Assembly: GCA_964612945.1 (NCBI GenBank)
Contig: CAZTFR010000005.1
Coordinates: 1,716-65,715, forward strand
Direction: 5' to 3'
Length of the DNA stretch: 64,000 nt
Origin: an uncultured Thermoplasmatales archaeon
GTDB lineage: Archaea > Thermoplasmatota > E2 > DHVEG-1
Shown here one piece after another: positions 26,358 through 35,740 of the stretch. The notes under the pieces are model-generated. The model was not told the origin of the DNA. It ran no database searches and saw only the letters and a list, made by a program, of their open reading frames with translations. Positions within the stretch are counted from its first letter, which is position 1. Each line of letters starts with the position of its first letter. Made by a program: the position numbers and the translations under genes.

Positions 26358-29300
26358 TTAATGTAACCCCTCCCAATTGAACAGAGTGAAAGTGCGATCG
26401 ATAAGACGTTCGAAAAAGAGTTGAAAAATGGGGAAATCTTGAAGATGAGTATGAACCCATTGAAGAAGAGGATGAGTAGGTGTGAATTGACTTGAAGGGA
26501 CACTAATAGAAATTGGGATATCACAGAAATCATCGGGGTCTTCTACATTTCGTACTCGTAAGGTTTCTTCATAAAGTACATTTGGTCTAAGCGGTAGTTC
26601 AACAATAACGTTCACCTTGCTTTCATCAAGGGTAGATGTGTATCCATTTTTTGGAAGAATTGTCCAGTTTCCCCAGGTTGGTATGTTTTCGGTTTCCCAG
26701 GCCAGAAGCGATAGTGGTTCACCAATATTCTTAACTACAAATTCTCCCGTTATGGTAGCGCCTGGTTGAATATCAGAAAATTCCAGATCGCCTTCACACT
26801 GTAAATCAGAGAGCCGTGGGATCAACTTTGGCTCCAACAGAATATCAACGTCATTGTCTATCTTCACAGATGCCACAGCTTGAAGACCAAAATCAGTAAT
26901 CGAGCTGGATCGATACTCAAAGGGAACGTTATCGACGAGCTCTTCTGGTGTGGACCATGTCTCGCCGCCATCATGAGTCACAGAAGAGTAAAGGATATTG
27001 TCTCTCATAAAGGTACAGACAAAGGTGGTTCCATCGACATGACGGACATCAGGAAATGATTCATCAAGAAGACTCGTTGCAATAGGGGTAACTTCAAGAT
27101 GATTAACATTGCCATGATAGCAGATAATGTCATCATTGTCCTTTTCAGTGGTCACCGCAAGGATCACAAGTTTTCCATTATCTGCAGCAATCGAAGGATA
27201 GCTGAGATTTCCCTCGCCTTCGATAAAGTAGAGTTCTCCATGAAGCGAAAAATCAGCGAAATAGTCCTGTCGAAGGATCAGTCGCCATCCATCTATTTTA
27301 GTCCATGTATCATAGATACTCCATACATCATGCCAGCTATGATCGATGTCTACATCAGTATGGTAACACTGATCATAATGGTAATGGTTCTGATATTCTT
27401 GATACGTGCTTACTACGATTTCATCTGGCCCGGTTTGGTAAATCAAGGAGGGTAAATTAACACCAGAATTATAGTATCCCGGTTCATTTACCCCGTTTTT
27501 ATCAGAGATAAACGAAGCAACACCAAAACGCCAATTCTCCTGTGTGTTGTCGCATGCAATCTCGATATCTCGGATGGAATGGTAACCAAGTGTATTAAGA
27601 GGATACCTTGAAATATCATATGATTCGTAATCCGTTGGATCGTCTGTTTCAAGAAGATAAAATGTTCCAGCATTTCCATCGGAAATAGATGGAATAAGTG
27701 TTGCAAAGAAACGGTTGGTATCCCATCGTTCAATAGCTGGATAATCTTCACCAGTAGTACCTTCAATAACACTGCCGTCATCGTATGTTCTTCCATCATC
27801 GGTAGAATATGTCCATACGGTTTTATTAGACTCTTCATCTCGATAGGCAAATAGATGTACACCGGATAACGATCTGCCAAGTGCAGGATGTAATTGATCA
27901 CCTGCAAGAAGCGGCTGAGGTATGCTGCCTTCTTTCACCAAGGGAGAGACTGCTGCATTGTGTGCAACAGATAGTTTTTCGGTGACTGGCTCCCAGTCAA
28001 TCCTTTCTACAGACACATCAGCATACTCAGTGTTTGGATCATGAGATACCGGCAGGGTAACGGAAAATGTCGCCCATGTACTTTCAACCTTGTAGCTATC
28101 CTGAGCTTTCGCACGGACTACATACTCACCTTTCTCAGACCAGCTATGAGAACGAGCTGCCTGTTGTCCTGAATTAAAGGGGCCGAAAAACTCAACATCT
28201 GAACCATCACCCCAGTCAACATAATACGAAATATTCTCATTTTCCGGATCTGTTGCCTCAAAGGTAAACTCATGCTCAACGTTGATTTTACCCTCAGAAG
28301 AACCTCTAATAATTGGTGAAGTTGGTCGAAGACTATAGATTTTTTCACCAGCAATATCACGATTCTCATTTTCCACCTGAAAGAGAGCTCTGACCCCCGC
28401 ATCACAGATATCTGCAGTCTTATATTCAGAAACAATAGTTTCTTCACCAGAAAACGATGCCTCTTCACTCCAGGTGCGACCGTTATCATATGAAAGTGAT
28501 TTATATAACACACCGTCTTTTTCAAAAGAGCAGATAAATACAGAATGCTCAACATGACGTAAATCAGGATATTGCTCATCACTTGAAGAGAAAGCAATGT
28601 CTACTCGTTTGAGCTTATTTGCATACGAGCCGTTCCCATAGAAGCAGACAATATCATTGTTGCCCTGTTCATCAGTCTCAGCTACAATAACGATAGAATC
28701 ATCATAGGCTGAAATAACAGGGTTTTTGATATTTCCTTCTGCGTTTTCAACTGTATAAATAGATCCTTGATGGGAAAGATCATTAAAGTTGTCTTTACGA
28801 TATACAAGTTTTATAGTCCCTTCATCATCCCAGTCATAGACTGCCCAACTATCCTCTGTGATAGCATCAATATCTGCATCAGTATGCATACATCCCATGA
28901 AATCGTCGTAGACATTAAGATGCATCAGATCAGGATCACTTTTATCTTTGTAGGCAATGTAGGGCCCATCGAATACATCCGGATATCCACAGCAGCGATA
29001 TTGACTGATGACAAGGGAAATGATACCAAATTCATGATCGTTTTGAGAGTTATCACAAGCGATCTCGGAATCAACCATGTTGAAAAAACCGCCCTTACTT
29101 AGATCCCAACGAGAGAGATCATATGTTCCATACTCCACGGGATCTGTTGTTTTAAAAAGATATAAAGCTGCACCTTCTGCATCATTTTCATCTGGCACCA
29201 TGGTTCCATAAAAGCAGGAGTCCGCCCAATGTTGAATGGATGGATAATCTGCTCCTGATCCTCCAGCAAGATACCGTCCTACACCAAAGGTTTCTCCGTC

Positions 29301-29642
29301 ATCTTCTGAATAGGTCCAAATGACCTGATCGAAATCATCTTCTTGATGTCTATAGGCTACCATTTGAATTCCTCCCTCAAGACGGCCGATTGCAGGATGA
29401 GTTTGATTTCCAGGTCCATTAACTGATCGGTCGGTGGATATAAAGGAGAGGGATCCCTCATTAGAAGATAACTGGACCGTGAATTGATTAGGCATGATAT
29501 CATTAATTTCTTTAATTGTAAACTGTTGTTTAGTTTGTCTATTGCTTTGAATGTGTGTTGCAGTAGCAAAGCTTGTCATTAGAAGACAGAGTGTAACGGC
29601 AAGCAGTACTCCTTTTTTAAACATGATATTGTTTTTTCTCAT
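26358..29642 (-). CDS. Secreted BNR/Asp-box repeat protein (sialidase-like beta-propeller) with internal duplication, a PKD domain and a C-terminal type-B module
   Basis: Asp-box repeats SEDDGETF, SYDNGRTWS, STDDGRTY, THDGGETWS. The two halves are clearly homologous. PKD motif YYVDWGDGS. The start is chosen at the Met preceded by GGAGG (9-nt spacing). The track ORF extends to 29678. Confidence 0.7.
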   Translation of the reverse strand: MRKNNIMFKKGVLLAVTLCLLMTSFATATHIQSNRQTKQQFTIKEINDIMPNQFTVQLSSNEGSLSFISTDRSVNGPGNQTHPAIGRLEGGIQMVAYRHQEDDFDQVIWTYSEDDGETFGVGRYLAGGSGADYPSIQHWADSCFYGTMVPDENDAEGAALYLFKTTDPVEYGTYDLSRWDLSKGGFFNMVDSEIACDNSQNDHEFGIISLVISQYRCCGYPDVFDGPYIAYKDKSDPDLMHLNVYDDFMGCMHTDADIDAITEDSWAVYDWDDEGTIKLVYRKDNFNDLSHQGSIYTVENAEGNIKNPVISAYDDSIVIVAETDEQGNNDIVCFYGNGSYANKLKRVDIAFSSSDEQYPDLRHVEHSVFICSFEKDGVLYKSLSYDNGRTWSEEASFSGEETIVSEYKTADICDAGVRALFQVENENRDIAGEKIYSLRPTSPIIRGSSEGKINVEHEFTFEATDPENENISYYVDWGDGSDVEFFGPFNSGQQAARSHSWSEKGEYVVRAKAQDSYKVESTWATFSVTLPVSHDPNTEYADVSVERIDWEPVTEKLSVAHNAAVSPLVKEGSIPQPLLAGDQLHPALGRSLSGVHLFAYRDEESNKTVWTYSTDDGRTYDDGSVIEGTTGEDYPAIERWDTNRFFATLIPSISDGNAGTFYLLETDDPTDYESYDISRYPLNTLGYHSIRDIEIACDNTQENWRFGVASFISDKNGVNEPGYYNSGVNLPSLIYQTGPDEIVVSTYQEYQNHYHYDQCYHTDVDIDHSWHDVWSIYDTWTKIDGWRLILRQDYFADFSLHGELYFIEGEGNLSYPSIAADNGKLVILAVTTEKDNDDIICYHGNVNHLEVTPIATSLLDESFPDVRHVDGTTFVCTFMRDNILYSSVTHDGGETWSTPEELVDNVPFEYRSSSITDFGLQAVASVKIDNDVDILLEPKLIPRLSDLQCEGDLEFSDIQPGATITGEFVVKNIGEPLSLLAWETENIPTWGNWTILPKNGYTSTLDESKVNVIVELPLRPNVLYEETLRVRNVEDPDDFCDIPISISVPSSQFTPTHPLLQWVHTHLQDFPIFQLFFERLIDRTFTLFNWEGLH

Positions 29643-29646
29643 ATCT

Positions 29647-32600
29647 TCAATCCTCCTGTAATAAGGGAATACCCTCAATGGTTACATCATCAATTTCAAC
29701 GACGTCTCCAACACCATATCCAACATTTTTTGCAGCAATTTTTAATTTAAAATCATCAATTAAGAATTCATCGGAGAGATCAATGGAAGCAAAATGCCAT
29801 TCATCATCATCACCTTGATTGTTGGTCCAGTGGAAAATCTCTCGATAGTTGGTTCCATTCCAACCATACACTTTCAAGTATTCGTAGGAGTGTCTATCGT
29901 CAACAAATCGCCAAAGACTTAATTGTGCCTGATAACAATTACTGAGATTGACTGTATGATTCATAAGTAGTGGTACTTCACCGTATTTTCCTATTTGTTT
30001 GGTACAGGTTGCAACTTGATTTGATGAGGGTTTATCTGGTAGGTCTTCAACTGTTTCATTTCCAATGACCCAATCGTCTGATTCATCTAGTGTCCAATTG
30101 ATAAACTGCCCGCTTTCAAAATCATCAAAGAAATATATTGTTGGCTCAGGGGGGGCAACTATTGTAACATTCATAGTATCCGTTGAGCGCGTTCCATCAG
30201 AATCGGTGACCCGTATGACTGCGGTATAATTTCCAGGGGTGGTATAGCTATGGTTTAGCCAGGCGGAATCGACTGACCACTCATCGTAGATACCGTCGTT
30301 TTCATAGTCCCATTCATAGAGACGAATGTCTCCATCGGGATCATAACTTGCTGTAGCATTGAAATGAATGGATTGACCAACATAGGCAAGATAGGGTCCA
30401 TTCCCATCGGCGATCGGTGCAACATTATCTGGATCATTGCTTTTTACTGAGATTGGTTTTTGAATAGATGAGACGGCCTCCTTGTTATCTGCAACAGAGA
30501 GGGTTATCACGTAGGTATCGCTCTCTTCATAGTGATAGGTTGGATTTTGTTCATGGGATATTGATCCATCACCAAACTCCCAATACCAGTTTTCTACCGT
30601 GCCGTCTGAGTCTGTGGAAAGATCAGTAAACGATACACGCTCAGAGATGCTGGGTTGCTCTGGTGTAAAGCTGAAATTCGGTTGTGGTAAGGAGTTGTTA
30701 CCTTCTTTTGGAATTCCGGTCAATAAGATGTCATCGGTATGGATGTTTTTATGGAGATTACTTGAAAGAACCCAGAATCGTAATTTGAATTGTGAAGTAC
30801 AGAATTTTTCTGGAAGTTTCCATTTCTCAATATGGTACCATCTGTTAAGAATATTTGGAATCACTGAGGTTACACTCCAGTATCCATGCCAACTAGACCC
30901 ATCATATACCTCACAATGCAGTCCTTCCCATTTTCCATCAACTTCTCGGCTGACATAAAACCACATATCAAAATAGACGGTTTCATAACTGCTTAAATCA
31001 AGTGGTTTTTTCATTTCAAGTTCACACCATCCAGGTTCACTATGCGTGGTGTGAATCTCAGAATAGCGATTATATTCAACATCATGACCGGGTACATTAC
31101 TCCACCAGTCATGACCTTTGGTAGTCCACCATTGAGCCCCTCGGTTTATCCAGGTTTCTGTATCGATTTTTCCCCCATTGAAATCCTCCAAAAATATTTG
31201 ATTGGGTAGTGGAGGATCAACTTTTACGAGATAGGTAACATTTGCGGCCGTTTGGTTGCTTGTTACAAAGAGGGTGACATTATAATGACCATACCAATCG
31301 TATTCATGAGAAATAATCTGACCGGTTCCGGTTGTTCCATCGCCGAAATCCCATGTATACGATTTGATAGGATCATTTGGATCATAGCTTGTGGATGCAT
31401 TAAACTCAACGACGAGACTTTTTTCTTTATAGGTGAAATTTGCAACAGGATCCATAGATGGTTTCCATGGTACTATGAGTGGATAGCGATCCTGACTGAA
31501 AAAAGTGGTTGAATACGGATTGGTGATATTGTAGGGATTTAATCCACCGGTTTCATTGTCACGATCAACAATGCCATCTGAACCCAAAATATTTTGAGAT
31601 TCACCTGTAAAATTGTCAAATGCACCTTCATCTTGTTCGTCGAAATCATTCCAATAATTTCCACCACCCGGGTAGTCTACATTCCAGAAATTATAACCAC
31701 TGGAGTCAAGGAAATCAACGGCTTGATCTGGTGTATTTGAGATAAAGTTATTATGATCAATATAATTTGCCATTGAATGCTCGAGGTAAATTGCTGCTTC
31801 CTTGTTTCTTACAAAGGTGTTTCTTTGGATTTTATTCAGCAATCCTTTGTAACTATAGATTCCTCTATTGTTTTCAATAAAGGAGTTTCCATTGATTTTT
31901 ATACCCCACGCAAGCCAATCCAATTTGATACCAACTTCATTTCCAATAAATGTATTATCATTGATATCTTGGACTTCAAAATAGAAATCCTTTTTTTCAG
32001 GACGATGAACACCAAAGGTAAGATTTGTGAAGATATTATCTTCAATATGATTATAGTTCATTTTCAAGAAGATCCCTGTTGTTGCATGCGTTGGTGGATT
32101 TGTTTTGCTTGTGGTAAAGATATTATTTTTTATGACATCATGCCAGCACCAGACACCAACTCCCATCTCACAACCGTCTTGAAGTAAGAAAGTGAAGTTA
32201 CTGACAGTAAGATGGGGTGATCCCCTCCCAATGGCAAAGAGTTTGTCCCCATCAAAAGAATCCGAGTTTGTGACTATTGTAGTATGCTTGTCTTCTCCGA
32301 TGATTGTTCCTCTATACCGATAATTACGGATTGCATCACCATGTGTCCCACTGTTGTCTCCAAAGAGACATACGGCTCGATCAACAGGGTAGATACCTTG
32401 ACTTACGATAACGGTGTGATCATCTTGCATTTCATATTGATAGACTGCGTCATTGAGAGTGTAGTAGTACTTATCCTTTTGAACATTGTAAATACTGCGA
32501 ACTATAATGTGTTGTTCACACGTATAATTTGTGTCAACTGCATCGGTGACAGTTAATGTAAGCGTATACTTTCCAGGATTCGAATAGACATGGACTGCAT

Positions 32601-35592
32601 CCTTTGTTTCAGCTGTTGTTCCATCACCAAAATCCCAAGACCAAGTGTATGGTACAAATCCACCAGATGCATCTGCAGAGACTTGGGCTACTTCTGCAAA
32701 TTCGACACCAAACATCGGTGAATTACTGTCAGATATCTGAGCAGAGACTTGTTCGTTTTCTGCAAGGGTAACCGTGATAGTATCCGAGCTTGTGTGTCCT
32801 TCCCGGTCAGTAACCGTTACTTTTTCAGTGAAAATACCTGCTTGGTTGTATGTTTTTGTCGGATTTTGAAAAGTGGAGATGGTTCCATCAGAAAACATCC
32901 ATTTCCAGCTCATTTCCCCAAGACCACCAATTACTGAGGGATTGAAAATGAGAGATTCTCCAGTGAAATTGAACCTGTTGGTTCCTGCATCTACGGTTGG
33001 TAAAAAAGATGATATAAGTGGCAGTTGATCTGCGGGGTTTTGAGAATCAGAAGGTATTTGATATGGTGTATCACCGATGCCGTCGTTGTTGTTGTCTCCG
33101 CCTGTGTAATCGCTCCAGTAGTTTCCATTAGTTGTAGTATTCCAGGTTGTTTCTCCATTGTCATAGGCTTGATATTCTTGATTGTCGATGAAATCATTTC
33201 CGACTACAACGTTCTGAGTGCTATCTGAGTTGATACGAATTCCTATGGTATTGTTTTTAATAATATTATTCTGAATGGTGCCCTCTGATATGGCGGAAAA
33301 TAATAGTCCACCACCGTCATTTCGAGATTGCATATGTTGTGTCTGACTATCAGGTATTGAGCGCGTGGTTAGTGATAGATCTTGTTTGAGTTTCAGTTGT
33401 CGTTGTATTTGAGATTCTTCCTGCTTAAGTTGCTGGATTTGTATGTTTTTTGTAAAGATATTATCAACGATGTGTATGGTATTTGAATTACCCTCTGCAA
33501 TCAGTCCCCAGTTGCAGCGTGATATCCTGCTGTTTTGTATGGTGATATCCTGTGAGGAATCGATTTGCACACCTGTTTGGGCATTGTCAATAGAACAATC
33601 ATTGACTAGTATGTCATTTGAATTTCTAATTGATAGGCCAACTATTCCTTCAGCTATGAAGAGGTCTTGTATTTTGACATCTGCTGCATCGGTGACACGG
33701 ATAACCGTATCTGCAGATGACTTGGCGGTAATTGTTGTTTGTTCACTTCCAATTCCTTTAAGAGAGATACTTTTTGAAATAGCGATGTTTTCTTTAAAAG
33801 TGCCTCCGGGGATTAAGATGGTATCCTCATCGTGTGCTTCATCTATTGCGCTTTGAATTGAGGTGTATTGTTTGTGTGTTCGAATGTTTTCAACAACCGG
33901 GTCACCAACTGACAGTGTGGTTTCAAAGGGGATGAAATTGTGTGCTGTGACCGTAACAGTGATATCTGTTTTTGATTGAGGGGTAACGCTAAAGTGTGCA
34001 TCTCCAAGTTCGTTTGTTTGACACACTTCAAATAGGTCATCGTCGTTTTGTAAACAGACGGTGGCATCAGCAACACTGCCTCCAGTTAATTTTTCGACAT
34101 GAATTGTGAGTTCTTTTGGTTGGCCAAGGGTAAGATCAGTATCTCTGGTTGCTCTCATATATTGGGGTATATCTGTCCAGATGGTCATGGCGGGATCGCC
34201 AAGTAAAAGAAACATTGCAGCTGCTGCTTCTCCTTCTTTGTCATATTGGTCGATAATGGTGTGTTTGGCCTCGTTGAGAAGATCACCTAGAACGTAATTT
34301 TCTTCCTTAAATAATTGTCTGTAGATTTCAGTATCAAAAGTGTTAAAAGGAATGCCATAAAAGGAATCACTAAAACCGTAGGTATAGTCCCATTCGAAGA
34401 AATATTCTGTTCCACCGATCGATGCCACGGCACCTCCAGGATATTTATTCATGAGTGCCTCACCAAGGCTGTCGGTTTCATAATCGATATCATTTAACCA
34501 ATAAACAATGTTGAAAAAGACAGGTGTGCGATTGAAATTATAGAGATGCTGGACATGTGGCCAATCCATCCAAGCTTCGTATTCACCAGGTCCACCGATG
34601 ATCCATGCTAGTCCATTGGGGAGTGCTTGTCCTCGGTAGTTGACAATACCCCGTCCCTCATCGATAGCCAGTGAGACATAACGGCTGGTTCCATTTTCAC
34701 CTTTGAGATATGCTCGGTCGCATGTAAATCCTGCAGGTTCTAAATATTCAGAGATAATAGCATCTTCTGTTTGACCGAATAAATCACCATTTCCTGCTAT
34801 CATCAGATTTTTCTTCAGCCAGTTATCTCGTGGTGGATTTTTTTCATAGGCAAGTATTTTTTGGATCTGATGTTCGGCTTGTTCTTCTGTTTGAACAGAA
34901 AGTCGGCCAATTGCTACATCGGCATAGGGATCAATTAAACCGTAGGTTGGATGTTCCATACAACTATACCAGTAATCGCTGAGAACGCCATTGTCTGTAT
35001 GATATAGCCACTCTGGAAATTTATAATGCTCCCAATATTTTGCAGGGATATATTGAACATCACCGATGAAAAGAACGTATTCGAGATTACCTTGCAAATA
35101 TCGTTCGGTGATGATATCTTTTATATCTTGTGGGTTGAACGTATCAATGGGGACGATTTCTGTTTTTTTGCCTGTTTTTTGGCGCCATGTTGCAAGTGTG
35201 AGAGCTTGGTTTTGAAAGTCTGGATGGGTAATAATAAGATAGGTGCATCCTTGTACATTTACAAATCGATGAAGGATATCTATGTTTTTGGTCTGATAAA
35301 AAGTACCGTTTTTATGATAGATGTGCGCTGATTCCTTTTTACCTGTATTTGATAAAACGGGTATTTGAGTCTGCAAATTTGTATATCGTGTGGTCGGATG
35401 AGTGGTTTCAGAATCTAAATGTACGGTTACTTGATTTTTTTCCTGAACATCCCCTGTATCTGTAGGAATACTTGTTGTAGGTTGAGTTATTGGTTCATCA
35501 GCCATACTAGGCGATAATGAAAGACTTGATACAATCAAGACCAGCATTAGTAAAAATACGGATATTTTTCCAGAAGCATGATGGTTCATCAT
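29647..35592 (-). CDS. Giant (1981 aa) secreted protein: degenerate C25-like domain + parallel beta-helix (PbH1/NosD) repeats + at least four PKD domains
   Basis: Signal peptide present. YVLFIGDVQYIPAK and AIGRLSVQTEEQAEHQI match gingipain motifs, but catalytic His and Cys are substituted. PbH1 repeats (…NDCSIDNAQTGVQIDSSQDITIQNSRIS…). PKD motifs WDFGDGTT (twice), WEFGDGS and YEWDYENDG. Confidence 0.8.
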   Translation of the reverse strand: MMNHHASGKISVFLLMLVLIVSSLSLSPSMADEPITQPTTSIPTDTGDVQEKNQVTVHLDSETTHPTTRYTNLQTQIPVLSNTGKKESAHIYHKNGTFYQTKNIDILHRFVNVQGCTYLIITHPDFQNQALTLATWRQKTGKKTEIVPIDTFNPQDIKDIITERYLQGNLEYVLFIGDVQYIPAKYWEHYKFPEWLYHTDNGVLSDYWYSCMEHPTYGLIDPYADVAIGRLSVQTEEQAEHQIQKILAYEKNPPRDNWLKKNLMIAGNGDLFGQTEDAIISEYLEPAGFTCDRAYLKGENGTSRYVSLAIDEGRGIVNYRGQALPNGLAWIIGGPGEYEAWMDWPHVQHLYNFNRTPVFFNIVYWLNDIDYETDSLGEALMNKYPGGAVASIGGTEYFFEWDYTYGFSDSFYGIPFNTFDTEIYRQLFKEENYVLGDLLNEAKHTIIDQYDKEGEAAAAMFLLLGDPAMTIWTDIPQYMRATRDTDLTLGQPKELTIHVEKLTGGSVADATVCLQNDDDLFEVCQTNELGDAHFSVTPQSKTDITVTVTAHNFIPFETTLSVGDPVVENIRTHKQYTSIQSAIDEAHDEDTILIPGGTFKENIAISKSISLKGIGSEQTTITAKSSADTVIRVTDAADVKIQDLFIAEGIVGLSIRNSNDILVNDCSIDNAQTGVQIDSSQDITIQNSRISRCNWGLIAEGNSNTIHIVDNIFTKNIQIQQLKQEESQIQRQLKLKQDLSLTTRSIPDSQTQHMQSRNDGGGLLFSAISEGTIQNNIIKNNTIGIRINSDSTQNVVVGNDFIDNQEYQAYDNGETTWNTTTNGNYWSDYTGGDNNNDGIGDTPYQIPSDSQNPADQLPLISSFLPTVDAGTNRFNFTGESLIFNPSVIGGLGEMSWKWMFSDGTISTFQNPTKTYNQAGIFTEKVTVTDREGHTSSDTITVTLAENEQVSAQISDSNSPMFGVEFAEVAQVSADASGGFVPYTWSWDFGDGTTAETKDAVHVYSNPGKYTLTLTVTDAVDTNYTCEQHIIVRSIYNVQKDKYYYTLNDAVYQYEMQDDHTVIVSQGIYPVDRAVCLFGDNSGTHGDAIRNYRYRGTIIGEDKHTTIVTNSDSFDGDKLFAIGRGSPHLTVSNFTFLLQDGCEMGVGVWCWHDVIKNNIFTTSKTNPPTHATTGIFLKMNYNHIEDNIFTNLTFGVHRPEKKDFYFEVQDINDNTFIGNEVGIKLDWLAWGIKINGNSFIENNRGIYSYKGLLNKIQRNTFVRNKEAAIYLEHSMANYIDHNNFISNTPDQAVDFLDSSGYNFWNVDYPGGGNYWNDFDEQDEGAFDNFTGESQNILGSDGIVDRDNETGGLNPYNITNPYSTTFFSQDRYPLIVPWKPSMDPVANFTYKEKSLVVEFNASTSYDPNDPIKSYTWDFGDGTTGTGQIISHEYDWYGHYNVTLFVTSNQTAANVTYLVKVDPPLPNQIFLEDFNGGKIDTETWINRGAQWWTTKGHDWWSNVPGHDVEYNRYSEIHTTHSEPGWCELEMKKPLDLSSYETVYFDMWFYVSREVDGKWEGLHCEVYDGSSWHGYWSVTSVIPNILNRWYHIEKWKLPEKFCTSQFKLRFWVLSSNLHKNIHTDDILLTGIPKEGNNSLPQPNFSFTPEQPSISERVSFTDLSTDSDGTVENWYWEFGDGSISHEQNPTYHYEESDTYVITLSVADNKEAVSSIQKPISVKSNDPDNVAPIADGNGPYLAYVGQSIHFNATASYDPDGDIRLYEWDYENDGIYDEWSVDSAWLNHSYTTPGNYTAVIRVTDSDGTRSTDTMNVTIVAPPEPTIYFFDDFESGQFINWTLDESDDWVIGNETVEDLPDKPSSNQVATCTKQIGKYGEVPLLMNHTVNLSNCYQAQLSLWRFVDDRHSYEYLKVYGWNGTNYREIFHWTNNQGDDDEWHFASIDLSDEFLIDDFKLKIAAKNVGYGVGDVVEIDDVTIEGIPLLQED

Positions 35593-35740
35593 ATTTATCC
35601 CCTTACTTCTATTGTTTAGACGACTATTTTATATATAGTTTATTTGGAATTCATCGAATTAATTATGAATATAATATAAAAATGATGATATGTATTATAA
35701 CTCTTTGTTAGGATACGAAAAAAAGAGAGGAGATATGATG

